Assembly (NCBI GenBank): GCA_020137815.1
Contig: CM035354.1
Location: forward strand, 6,076,001 to 6,140,000
Length of the DNA stretch: 64,000 bases
From: Hormiphora californensis
Taxonomy: Eukaryota; Animalia; Ctenophora
Direction of reading: 5' to 3'
Each line of letters starts with the position of its first letter. Within the stretch, counting starts at the first letter, position 1. A model generated the notes under the pieces. That model did not search any database, had not been told where the DNA came from, and was given only the letters and a program-made list of their open reading frames with translations. The position numbers and the translations under genes were made by a program. Shown here one piece after another: positions 1 through 13,281 of the stretch.

Positions 1-1359
1 CAAGATAGCGTTTGTTTCCTCTTTGACCCACTCGCTGCTCTTCTCCGGGTCTCCACTGTCTGGTTCAGTAAACACCCTGCAGTATTGAGACTGTAACAGT
101 TCTGCCTTTTCAGCATTGTCAGTGGTTAGTGTTCCATCGTCACGTTTGAGGGGAGCTATTGAGGATCTGTTAGTTGATAGCTTTTTAGCATAGGAGAAAA
201 AGTACCGAGGGTTGACCTTGATGTTAGCCACTGCTCTCTCTTCTTCCTCCTCCAACGGTGCGAGTAGAAGTTCCTTGATATTCTCTGATATATCGTTCTC
301 TTCATCTGTTAGGTCAGATAACTTCTTGCTGTTGTTCCCTATTTTGGTCAACGCTTCAATTCTCGATTTCAGTTTTCTTCTCCTCCGTTTCAGCTTTTCG
401 AGGGGACCCTTTTGGTTGTGTGGTTTAGGTTTCTTTCGAGGACAGTGCTTGATGGCTATTTGGAGGACGGTTAACACAAACAACTCCTTGAATTGTTCGC
501 CTTCTGGATCACCTGACTCCTTGCACAGCTGTTGAAGTTTTTGCCAATCTATTTTCATAAGATCGACAGACATTTCATCAAAATCACCTTTATGTACATT
601 AATCCCTCGAAAACTCTGGTAGTCCCAGGTTATTATGGAAGGGGATAAAGCTGCTGTGGGGTTTATTGTTAATAGACACTCAACTAACATGTGATCAGAA
701 ATTCCCGTTGCTTCAGTACCGATACTAGCCACATTCTGTGGTGTATTTGTAAAGATTAGATCCAGAATGTTACTACCCCGTGTAGGTTGGTTAACAACTT
801 GTGTTAAAAAGTTATCACCGATGAAGTCAGAGAGAGCAGCATAGCCCGGTGAAGAGTTTGGCGGTGGAGAACCTATATCCCAATTGAACAACGGTAAATT
901 GAAATCCCCCAAAATAAACATATCAGGGAGGTTGTTGTTAGAAAGGGTATTGATTTGCTGCTGGAGTACGTCCAAAATGGATAGAAAGGACTTTTGAGAA
1001 CAGTCCGGGGGACGATAAACACAGGAAAATAATAGGTTCTTCGCCTCACTGAAAGCTAAAACAATGCTACATTCCCTATCACTGAATGAGTGTGCGAAGC
1101 TGATAGGGATATCATCGTGTATGTACAATACACAACCTCCACCAACACGTTCTGGTCGATCAGAACGGAAAACACTGTACCCCTGAAGAGATATTTGGGC
1201 ATCGCTGATATATGGTTTCAGCCAAGACTCCGTGATACCGAGGGCAATTGGTGGAACTGATGATGAAGTTTGGAGGATAGTTGATTCGATGAAGGGAATT
1301 TTCCAGCGGGTGCTTCCTGCTGCTGATGGGGAGATGCTCCGACCGTTTAGTAAGAACAT
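1..1359 (-). mobile_element. CR1/L2-type LINE ORF2, apurinic-like endonuclease domain; runs off the window's left edge
   Basis: Minus-strand translation from ATG 1359 gives MFLLNGRSI..GITESWLKP..GYSVFRSDRPERVGGGC..ILGDFNLP..QVVNQPTRGSNILDLIFTN..SDH, the canonical APE motifs. It is absent from the ORF track because there is no stop in the window. Confidence 0.9.
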
Positions 1360-1640
1360 CTTAGAGAGGTTCGTGGGCTCAGTATTGGTTTTCTGAGGCC
1401 CTGGGTCAGCGTCATACCCCTGGGAATGGAGTACTGGCTCTGTGGGATCACCTGGGAATGAATCATTGGTGATTCGTCTTGGGACTCGATGAGATGAGCC
1501 ATGATTTCGTCCATACGATCCGCTTGTCGAAGAGATTCCTCCCTTGCATCTCGGGCTTCCTTCAGGAAGATCGACAGAAAACCGTGTTTCTTCTTTTCAA
1601 AAGCCGGTGATACAGATGTTGTGTTGAATAAGCCCGTCAA
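1347..1640 (-). CDS. Probable C-terminal part of LINE ORF1 (5'-truncated element)
   Basis: 97-codon open frame immediately upstream of ORF2 and overlapping it by 13 nt. Confidence 0.45.
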   Translation of the reverse strand: MTGLFNTTSVSPAFEKKKHGFLSIFLKEARDAREESLRQADRMDEIMAHLIESQDESPMIHSQVIPQSQYSIPRGMTLTQGLRKPILSPRTSLRCSY

Positions 1641-2181
1641 GAACCTCCTCTAGCTAGCTGTGACCGCACTGTATGGGGCGTGTGCGTTGTGTGCGTCAAG
1701 ATATACAACTGTGTTCGTCTTTACTGGTCGGAAGTTCAGCCACTTTTCACCTTTTGCATCTCGCTTCTCTCTCTCTATCTGTATTTTGTCTTTCCCTCTC
1801 TCCTTTTTTCTCTCTCTCATTTTCTCTATCTTTCTCCAGCTCGCTGAGAATTTTGCCTCTAATTGACATTGCACCGTTGCGAGAATACGTGTTAACTAAA
1901 ATCGCGACGCACGAATCTCTGAAATACTCCTCTAGCTCTCTTCAGTGCTGTCTTGTTACTCAACAAGACATGCTGTCGGCAGGCAATGGAATGCAGTTCT
2001 TGTCCCACGCTTCGTTTGCTTGCACCTGTTATGGGCGGTGAGAGAAAACAAGATAGTTATTCAGTCATGGTTATTGAGGTTGAGTGAGAAAATTAGCGGT
2101 ATGATGTGACTGCTAAAGGAAGCTTGTTCGAACACTAGACTGTGTTGCGGTCCTTTGTTTATATCACACTACTCCTATTAT

Positions 2182-5100
2182 CAGGGTGTGAACTGCATGT
2201 CGTGTTTGCTAGTCGCGAGCGCGCTTGCGAGACAAGCAAACACGTCAAGGTTCATTAACAAGCATACTGCTCAGTCATTTTAGATTTAATACACAATGTA
2301 AGGATACCATGTAATAGGTGAGACTCTTGCCGTCACCCTCGTTCAAGTCCCGTAAAAAACGGAGCAGTACACGCAAACTGATGCCCATTTTCCTCGCGTG
2401 ACCCCGATTCAGCAGTTTGAGACACCAACTCTTTAGGGGGCCATATCTCAGGAACCAGACAAGATAGGAAAAATCGCCGTCTAATGAGGCGTACAGTTTT
2501 TAATCTAGTTTACCACTGTACCGGCCGTTTCACTCTCCGACCTAAAACAAAAATCGCAACCCCACAAAACTTCAAAATAATGAAATTCGCATCTCGCATG
2601 TCGTGTTGCATGTCGTGTCATGTTATTGACGCGCTCGCGTTCAACTCTCACACAGCAGCTGCAGAACATGGCGGGAAACATCTCTCAGCTATCCTACCCC
2701 TCATCAACTCGATCTCTCAGCTACCCTACCCCTCATCTACTCCATCTTTCAGCTACCCTACCCCTTATCTAGTCCATCTCTCAGCTACCCTACTCCTCAT
2801 CTACTCCATCTCTCAGCTTCCCTATTAGGGAAGCATAGAGATGGAAACGATTAGGGGTAGGGAATCCCTATCCATAATCGTTTCCATCTCTATGCGTCCC
2901 TAGCCCTCATCAACTCCATCTTTCAGCTACCCTACCCCTAATCTAGTCCATCTCTCCGCTACCCTACTCCTCATCTACTCCATCTCTCAGCTACCCTACC
3001 TCCCATTTACTCCATCTCTCAGCTTACCTACCTCCCATTTACTCCATCTCTCAGCTTACCTACCTCCCATTTACTCCATCTCTCAGCTTCCCTACCTCCC
3101 ATTTACTCCATCTCTCAGCTACCCTACCTCCCATTCACTCCATCTCTCAGCTACCCTACCTCCCATTTACTCCATCTCTCAGCTTCCCTACCTCCCATTT
3201 ACTCCATCCCTCAGCTTCCCTACCTCCCATTTACTCCATCCCTCAGCTTCCCTACCTCCCATTTACTCCATCCTTGCCTCCCATTTACTCCATCTCTCAG
3301 CTTCCCTACCTCCCATTTACTCCATCTCTCAGCTACCGTACCTCCCATTTACTCCATCTCTCAGCTTACCTACCTCCCATTTACTCCATCTCTCAGCTTA
3401 CCTACCTCCCATTTACTCCATCTCTCAGCTTCCCTACCTCCCATTTACTCCATCTCTCAGCTACCCTACCTCCCATTCACTCCATCTCTCAGCTACCCTA
3501 CCTCCCATTTACTCCATCTCTCAGCTTCCCTACCTCCCATTTACTCCATCCCTCAGCTTCCCTACCTCCCATTTACTCAATCCTTGCATCCCATTTACTC
3601 CATCTCTCAGCTACCCTACCTCCCATTCACTCCATCTCTCAGCTTCCCTACCTCCCATTTACTCCATCGCTCAGCTACCCTACCTCCCATTTACTTCATC
3701 TCTCAGCTTCCCTACCTCCCATTTACTTCATCTCTCAGCTTCCCTACCTCCCATTTACTCCATCTCTCAGCTTCCCTACCTCCCATTTACTCCATCTCTC
3801 AGCTTCCCTACCTCCCATTTACTCCATCTCTCAGCTACCCTACCTCCCATTTACTTCATCTCTAAGCTTCCCTACCTCCCATTTACTCCATCTCTCAGCT
3901 TCCCTACCTCCCATTTACTCCATCTCTCAGCTACCCTACCTCCCATTTACTCCATTTCTCAGCTTTCCTACCTCCCATTTACTCCATCTCTTACCTTCCC
4001 TACCTCCCATTTACTCCATCTCCCAGCTTACCTACCTCCCATTTACTCCATCTCTCAGCTTCCCTACCTCCCATTTACTCCATCCCTCAGCTACCCTACC
4101 TCCCATTTGATCCATCTCTCAGCTTCCCTACCTCCCATTTACTCCATCTCTCATTTATCCTAACATTCCTACCCCTGAGAGATGGAGTAAATGGGAGGTA
4201 GGGAAGCTGAGAGATGAAGTAAATGGGAGGTAGGGTAGCTGAGAGATGGAGTGAATGGGAGGTAGGGTAGTTGAGAGATGGACTCCATCATGGAGTAAAT
4301 GGGAGGTAGGGAAGCTGAGAGATGGAGTAAATGGGAGGTAGGTAAGCTGAGAGATGGAGTAAATGGGAGGTAGGTAAGCTGAGAAATGGAGTAGATGAGG
4401 AGTAGGGTAGCGGAGAGATGGACTAGATTAGGGGTAGGGTAGCTGAAAGATGGAGTTGATGAGGGCTAGGGAAGCATAGAGATGGAAACGATTATGGATA
4501 GGGATTCCCTACCCCTAATCGTTTCCATCTCTATGCTTCCCTAATAGGGAAGCTGAGAGATGGAGTAGATGAGGAGTAGGGTAGCTGAGAGATGGACTAG
4601 ATAAGGGGTAGGGTAGCTGAAAGATGGAGTAGATGAGGGGTAGGGTAGCTGAAAGATGGAGTAGATGAGGGGTAGGGTAGCTGAGAGATCGAGTTGATGA
4701 GGGGTAGGATAGCTGAGAGATGGAGTAGATCAAGATCAAGAAATATTTGATTCGGCACCGACCCTCTCTCTACTCCTCGATGTTTCCCGCCATGTTCTGC
4801 AGCTGCTGTGTGAGAGTTGAACGCGAGCGCGTCAATAACATGACACGACATGCAACACGACATGCGAGATGCGAATTTCATTATTTTGAAGTTTTGTGGG
4901 GTTGCGATTTTTGTTTTAGGTCGGAGAGTGAAACGGCCGGTACAGTGGTAAACTAGATTAAAAACTGTACGCCTCATTAGACGGCGATTTTTCCTATCTT
5001 GTCTGGTTCCTGAGATATGGCCCCCTAAAGAGTTGGTGTCTCAAACTGCTGAATCGGGGTCACGCGAGGAAAATGGGCATCAGTTTGCGTGTACTGCTCC

Positions 5101-5279
5101 GTTTTTCACGGGACTTGAACGAGGGTGACGGCAAGAGTCTCACCTATTACATGGTATCCTTACATTGTGTATTAAATCTAAAATGACTGAGCAGCATGCT
5201 TGTTAATGAACCTTGACGTGTTTGCTTGTCTCGCAAGCGCGCTCGCGACTAGCAAACACGACATGCAGTTCACACCCTG
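2182..5279. mobile_element. Non-autonomous foldback DNA transposon, copy 1 (CAGGG...CCCTG, 5-bp TSD, hAT5-like)
   Basis: Starts CAGGGTGTGAACTGCATG and ends CATGCAGTTCACACCCTG. ATTAT on both flanks (2177-2181, 5280-5284). About 500 bp of unique TIR followed by inverted minisatellite arrays. No transposase. Confidence 0.92.
2680..4730. repeat. 32-bp minisatellite (TACTCCATCTCTCAGCTTCCCTACCTCCCATT), inverted about a ~25-bp spacer near 4152-4176
   Basis: Direct reading. The 32-aa periodicity of spurious ORF 3274..4110 equals 3 x 32 nt. Confidence 0.95.
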
Positions 5280-6073
5280 ATTATTACATCTCTCTTTCTC
5301 TCTCTCTCGACTCTCTGTCAATTTCTATCTCTCGGGCACCCTGGAGTGGTCGTCAACCTGACTGGCCAATAAATATCCCACCCTCCTCATAACTCTATCT
5401 CTCTCTGTGCACTTCCCGTTCAATTTTCGGCTCTGTATTGCAGAATTACTGGCAAACACTAGCTGTGTACTAAATCTTGTTGTGGTCAATATAATTCTCT
5501 ATCCGGGTCTTGTGTCCGGGTACCAGTCAGGGGTGTTTCCCCTCCATCTGATGATGTATCCTAAATTCTTAGTTTGGGTACGTTCCTGGCCGTGCGATGT
5601 TTCTGACTGTTGTGGGACTGTTCCTGACTGTTGTGGGACTGTATACAGTAGTAGTAGGACCCGGGACAGTGTGTTCCCCTCTTGTAGTGTGATACATTCC
5701 ACCTCCCCAAGTACTAACCTAATTTCCCATCGCTCTGCACCGTCCTGCTACTACCCTGAGGGGAGGGGTTGTTGTTCGATGTGACTGCCCTAGGTTGTGA
5801 TCCCCGTCTGTGTAGTACTCTCTAGCACCTTCATAAGTCCACCTGATATTGCTGACCGTCAACCTGACGCGGATTATGTGTTCGAGAAACTGCTGATACT
5901 TCTTCTTTATGGCCGTGATTTCACTAGGTTGCTTGTCACAGTTGTAGGGATGCGAGATAGGAGAAGAGGAGAGGAGGAAGAGGAGAGAGTGTGTTCTCTC
6001 GAGTGGTAAACACAAGAGTCAAAACACACGTCTATCTCAAATGTGGGTGTGTTGTGTCAGCAGTCAGATGGTT

Positions 6074-6192
<119 letters not shown>

Positions 6193-7650
6193 CTCCCTCG
6201 TTCCTCCAGATGCTGTTGTTGTTGTCAGTTCATGGGCTTCCCAGCTCGAGCTGGTATTATCCTCACCGGAATTTTAAACTAAAGCTAAATCTCCTAGTTC
6301 TTTGTTTCTCTATCTCCACTATCTCTGTGTCGCTTCCCTTTCAACTATCCTTCCCCTTTGTTGGTTCTATCGAATTCGCGTGCCGACATGACTCTCAGGA
6401 AGTTGTTAAACCCGTAAAAACTCAGGTTAAACACCCTGCTGCAGCTGCTCCCCTTGCTGTTAGAAGTGTGTTTCATGTGCCATCTTCACCTCTCTCAGTC
6501 TCTAACTTGGCCTTTTTGTGTTCTCTCAGTCATCTCAGTCTCTATCTTAGCCTTTCCCCTCAGTCTTTACCCATCTCTTTTTTACAATATTTGCGGCGTT
6601 TCAACAGTCGGTAAGGGTACGTGGCCCTCATCCTTTCTTCATAGCCCTCTCTGTATTGCCTGGGGTGCTATAGTTATACAGCCCACCTAGTACCAATTAG
6701 ATGCATAAGTAGCCCTAGCTCGTTTAGCAATGTTTCAACTCCCCACCTCACGATATAACGAACATTATTGGGTGATACATATAACTCACATCTCAACACA
6801 TATATTCATATTGATATATTGCGAATTGAAGGCACGTTTCTAATGTGGATTAGGAGAACCAAGAGAGGGGGATAAAGAGGGAGATGAGAGACCTATAATA
6901 GATAATATAGAGAACTCGAGGCGAGATGAGAGGGAGTTATATCTGAATAATGTATTTTCTCTCCTCGCTCGATGTGACCTATTATAATAGTGGGCCGACT
7001 TCGTTAGGTCTATTATTACACTTGCAAATTGGAGCTATTTAATTATGACTCTTACACGTCCCTACACGGGCTGCCCTCTCAAAAGGGGAGTCCTAATCTG
7101 TCAGCGAGTGGTATTTTAGTCGCGTCTCTAAAGAGAAGAGACCCCTCAAAGAATGTTCCCACAATGTGCTGATTTAATATACGTCACGTAATGTGCTATA
7201 TTCAGGTCTGGTGATGAAGCTAACTAGACATTATGTTGTATAACCTTGCTAAACATGGGTGTGTCCACCTCCTTGTGCTGCACCATGCAGTAACCGCAGT
7301 CTGCAGCAGGGGTGACGTGCCTAGCACATTGATAAAACCACAATTATAGGATCGTTCTGCGGCAAAGTTCAGTGGCTCTTTAATAGTGGCACTGTGCGAC
7401 ACACACACACACCACAAATAGTAGGACGCTGCTGCCCCTGTTTACTGTCAAACAAGCATGGTTGGGCTGGTTACGAAGTCACCCCTATCCAGGAGCTGGC
7501 GATGAGGGGTAATTTTATTACAAGCAGGTTGAGCTGGTAGCTGTCCTATATAACCGCAGTGTTGTGTGATTCCCGCCCTTGCTTACACTCTCTCATGATG
7601 TTCACAACACGAGCAGAGTTTGTGTGTTTAGAGTACGCTCTTTAACTTCA

Positions 7651-7730
<80 letters not shown>

Positions 7731-9704
7731 ACGGCACGTGCCAGCTGTCACAGTCCCCCTCTCCCCAACTCCCACACAGGATCACGTGATTGAAGGGGAG
7801 GCCATTGTTTGAACTGTGTACTGTGCTGAGTGGGAGAGAGAGAGAGTTGATATGATACTGATGATCGATTAGAAAGCTCCTTACCCGCCGTCTCTCCCTC
7901 CACTAGTTGACCTATAACTATCTCTCCGCTGTTTGATCCATCTATCTCCCTCCTTATTTCCCTAAGCTCCCTCTCTTATATATCTCTCCCCTTTGACCCA
8001 TCGGCTCTGATCCGCCTCCTTCCCTTTCCCTCCCGATAGTTTAGAGTCATTTGTTTGTATTCATTGGTTCATGTTTATTGGGCCACCCACTGCTATAATA
8101 ATTAGAAGGAGGACGCTCTTTGAATCTTTTGTCATTTGTCTCATTTTCATTTAGCTTGTCATATGTCAGTTTGTAAGTTTTCTCTTCTTTTTCTTCTTTG
8201 ATAAAAACTCCATAAATAGAGCTCGTTACTGGTTTTAAAAACTCGTAAAACAGCGATCTGTACTTCATCATAAATATCCGTATGATCTGTCAGTAGAAAT
8301 ATGATCTCAAACCAGGTCTCCTGTCTCCTAATGTTGTGTGTTCGTCATTAAGTGTCCTCAGTCTCTATTCTTTTCCCTCCTTTTCGACACGGCCATCCTA
8401 GGGCCTTTATACCTTACCTCAACCAATTTTTGGTCATTATACGTCATAGTATGGGGACATAGATCTATGTACAATTGCATGAATCATGAGACCTTGCAAG
8501 TCATGAGGGACGGGTTATGGACTATGGTATGGTAGTATGTGATCTTAATTTGTAGTTGCACTCTCTCTCAATTGTCCCTGATTACCTCAATTCAGTGTGA
8601 ACTCTGGCCCATGATACACTGCGTCACTACATATTAGCTCTCTCACCCTCGTCCCTCTCTCTCTCTCTCTCTAACAGTGCTCAGTCAGCTCATCCTCTCG
8701 CTCTTGTTAGTTGTTGCGTTGACCCACTTTACACAACAACCTTTAAATTGTCTGTCAACATTGTGTGCAGAATAATTAAGGTTCTAGCCCATCTCATAGC
8801 CCACTGCAGTGCACTGATTTGAGACTGTTGGTTGGGGTGTTCAGACTGCAGCTCCAGACGTCTTCTGTTTCGTCTACAGCCATCTCAGATATGTTTCCAT
8901 CTATCCGTCGCCAGACAGAGGTAGTCTTGTATCAATATCCAGACCGGATTTTGTCGTATCTTATCTGCCCTGTAGTAGGTCAACATGCCAGGTGGTATAC
9001 CCGCCATTCTGGCTACCCCACCAACTATCTTTTCTCTCTCTATCTCTCTCTCACTCTCCACTCTCTCTTTCTCCATTCCAATATCTGACAACTGGCAGCA
9101 GCAGCACGGGGCAATTAATCTTCCATTCCCTCTTGTTTGGGCAGCGGCAGTTCCTCCTCTCTCACACTCTCAGGTCCTCTACTCTGTCTTGCAGTTAGCT
9201 CCTTCAAGATTGCATCTTCTGAACTGTTGTTGTCTATGCCTTTGTCCCTTAGTTTCTATCGCATCATTCATCAATCAGTGCCACCACTTCATTGGAGAGA
9301 TCGTTTGAGTGAGGGAGAGAAGAGGAAGAGATTAACGAGGGAAAGGGTGATTGAGCGAGTTGGGGGGGGGGGGGGGTGATATAGAGGGTTGTTATAGTAC
9401 ATCTCTTGAGAAGGAACCCACAGGGTCCCCAACACACCAACTTCCCTTCCTCTCTCTCTCTCCACCTATAATTACCGCTGTTAAACACACGGAAGAAGTG
9501 AATGTGATATGCGATCCTCGTCCTCTATTTCTGACCACTTCGTCCCCTCTCTCTCCACTCTCTCCTTGTTCCCTGTCATCTCTCTCCCTCTCTCCCCTCT
9601 CTCATCACACCAGATGGTGTCTGTTGGTGAAGATCAGTGACACACTCTCTCCTCCTCGAGGGGCCCTGTCATAGTTACACCTGCTTTCTGTCTCCCCTCT
9701 CCTT

Positions 9705-9815
<111 letters not shown>

Positions 9816-10241
9816 ATCTCTCCCACTCAATCACCAGTTTCCCGCCTCCTGTTTAACAAGCCTCTGTCTAATTTGCATCTAAAGAGCTGTGCTATTCTGG
9901 TCCAATTTGTCGGTTCCCTGTTATAGCTAACAGGGGGGGGGACCTTATTTGTCTCGCCACGAACTGTGTCCCATACTTCCGGGACCTTAATAGTGTTCCC
10001 CCTCTCTCAATAAATTCCACCTCTCTCTCTATGTTATTCCTATCTTTCTCTCCCTCTTGTTCTCTCTCTCTAGTACTGACTAATTGGGTCTAACACATGT
10101 GACGCGTGTTCCGATAGTGTAGCGATAGTCATACTTTTCCCACTAGTGTGATATGTGCTAGAAATGTCTGGTTAGAGCTGGACTGGTCAGTAATCAACGC
10201 AATATTACTCCTATATTTGCATTTCTCTATCTCTCTCGCTT

Positions 10242-10296
<55 letters not shown>

Positions 10297-10426
10297 CTCC
10301 ATCTCTATCTTTATTCTCTCATTGTGCTACAACTAGTAACTACACAATTCTACTAACGAGCAGAGTGCTGATTGAGTACCAACCAGCGTTCGGCAAAGTA
10401 ACAATTCTCACCTCATTCCCAGAGTT

Positions 10427-10539
<113 letters not shown>

Positions 10540-10969
10540 CCTCCCCTCTCTATCACTCAGGACTTGCTTTTCTTTTTATTTACCGACGAAATACATTTCT
10601 TTTCACCCAACACTTATCTGATTTCACTTTAGTATAGCTGCTGACGCATTTTGATTCTTGATTTCAATTTCATCTCTAGTTTCTTAGTCTAGTCAGTATC
10701 CACTAAGAAACTAGAGATGACTATCCAGAGTCGCCATGATAGAGAGGTCTTTTCTCTTTCTCAAACGGGATGATTTTGATAAAATGTTCTCTGAGTGCTT
10801 TTTCAATCACATTTATAGTACCTTTCACGTACTTTTTTATTGCAAATATATTATATCTCTCAGCTATCTAAATGCAATCTAAAAGGAATTCTACTGACGT
10901 GTTGATAGTTTTCACATTTTAACTATCTTCCCTCTTGTTATAGCAAGTGTTCCATGGACTCATGATAGT

Positions 10970-13192
10970 ATGACAGAAAGCATTTTAGGACGGTACCTAG
11001 TGTTAGGTACAATAGCTACCATTCTCAGCTCTACACTCACCCAAGCAGAACGTGAGTAAAGCCACTTGTATTAACCGAGTATTATGATTTTCTATTTCAG
11101 ATCTTAATCGTTAAATTTCTTAGTTTAGTTAAAATTTCTTAGTTTAGTTAAACTAAGAATATAAGAAACTAAGTTAGTTTCCCTTGTTGAGTAAGGGGTG
11201 ATATCTTACTCAACAAAGTTTCTGGGTTTCCCAAATCTCTCTCTCTCACAGCTCACCTAGAGCCCAATTCACCCTCAGTTCTCCCCACCTTGGTACTCAA
11301 GCCCAGTGGATTCATCCAGTTCAAGAATGAAACTGAAACCAAGACGTCCTACAACAAGTTCTCATTTTACGTGAGGGCTAATGAGGAAGTAATGGAGAAG
11401 CAGCATATCATTAGCATTCGGAGTGATACCAGATCTGAACAGGTACCTAGTAAATCTTTTTTTGAGTTTTGTGTGCTGGAATTGTGGTTGTTTTTTATCG
11501 ATCAGCATCTCTATTTTGAAATAAGTTACCCAATCATCTTTGTGTGTATTGGTGTGTGTAAGTGTGTCAGTGTGACTGAGTGTGACTGTGTGTGTGACTC
11601 AGTGTGATCAGTTGTGAGACATGTGTAATATCGCCAGGAACAGCAAGACAATTACAATATGGGATCAGATTTGAGTTATTGGGCCGCTCAGAACGGAGGA
11701 AAACCTCTTTTGGTGAATTTACCACGGATTAGTGTGTGCCACTTGAACTGATAAACAATCTGATTAATAGCCACCTAGATCACTTTAGATTTGCCTGACA
11801 TGTGTGAATCTTAGACCTCTTGTAAATTTATAGATCTCCAATCTTTTTCTATTCAGTAGTTTCCGTCTCTTAAAGCATCTTTTAGTAATCAAGACTCAAG
11901 AGCCCTCCTTTGATCCTAAAGCAAATCTTCCAATATTGTCCCCTATTTACCCGCCCCATTCTAACCCCTCTCCTCTCCTCTTCAGTTTATCAAGGTGAGT
12001 CTGATCAAGATGCAGATTTCAGTTCTGGCCAACCTCCGACACCCTGCTGTCAGTAGATGGTTCCTTGTTGGGGAACCACTTGTACCCAAAGAGGTAATGT
12101 TTGGAGCTTTGCCCCTCCCTATAGAGTCCTAATCTCTCAAGTATTTAGCTCCCTTTTGCCCCTCCCTAGTTCCACTTTCTCTCCAAGATTCCCAGCATTT
12201 CCCCCTCTCACCCCATTACTCATTACTCCAGGCGTATTACATAGCTGTGAATCAAGTGGGTGATAAACTGAGTGTCACTATCAATAACTCAACTAACAGC
12301 TACAGTTTAGAAAGTGTGGAGGATTTCATCTTTCCTTCCATTCTTGTCCTAGGTAAGAGAGTTGGAGATCTGTTCTAGAGAGTGGACGAGAACTGAGAAG
12401 TTTTCGACGTGTTTTATATCTACCTGTATAAATATTGGGTGATGGGTCAGAGCAAGATTCAAACACTAACTCTCCATCTCCCCATGTTACAGGCAACATC
12501 CAGTCAGCATCAGGTATAAACGGCTCTGTAGCGGGAGTGCACTATAACGGTGTGGATATCCTCAAAGTTACCTAGCGACGGGATCTGGATTTTAGAAACG
12601 TCGCAGTTGAGATGGGTGGTGATGTGACGATCAAGGAACGGGAATGGATAACTATCGAAGAAAGTAAGTTCATTTACGAGAATGAAATACGAGGGGTTAG
12701 AATAACAAATTCTTATAGTTACAAGTTCCAACTACAGTTTTCCTAACCATCACTTCCCTAGAAAATCGATGAAGGCTTTTGTACCAGAAATGAAGTTCAT
12801 ATGAATTCATATGAAGCTCATTTCCACTTCATTTTTGGGTAAATGAAGCTCATTTAGCTTCATATGAGCCTCATTTTTGGTCCGCGCGCACCGGAATCTG
12901 GGAACGTAGCTCATAGGAACGGCGCCAAACCTCTAGGCTGGAATGCATCGCGCGTTACAGCTATGATGTGGGCAATGTATTTCTATACACAAAATGTATT
13001 TTTCGAGATGATACAATATTTAGGGGCCATTCAAGAATGATTTTTGGTCCAACACCAGATCCTCACTGGCTGTCCCTTTTGGACTCAAATTGGAAATTTT
13101 GAATGGCCCCTCACGATATCAGATACCAAATTGGAACAAAAAAATTGAAAATCATAATAATTATAATATCAAGAAGTGCAGCCCCCTCTCTT

Positions 13193-13281
<89 letters not shown>

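Noticed and set aside
3274-4110. 278-aa ORF and related ORFs (2484, 3584, 4515, 4597, 47185, 47811, 51632)
   Set aside because: These are translations of a stop-poor 32-bp minisatellite or TIR, and appear mirrored on both strands.
2680-4730. CRISPR-like appearance of the 32-bp repeats
   Set aside because: The units are head-to-tail with no unique spacers, there are no cas genes, and the context is eukaryotic.
5499-6015. Minus-strand ORFs resembling a nested gene
   Set aside because: The frames do not join into a coherent model and no domain is recognisable.
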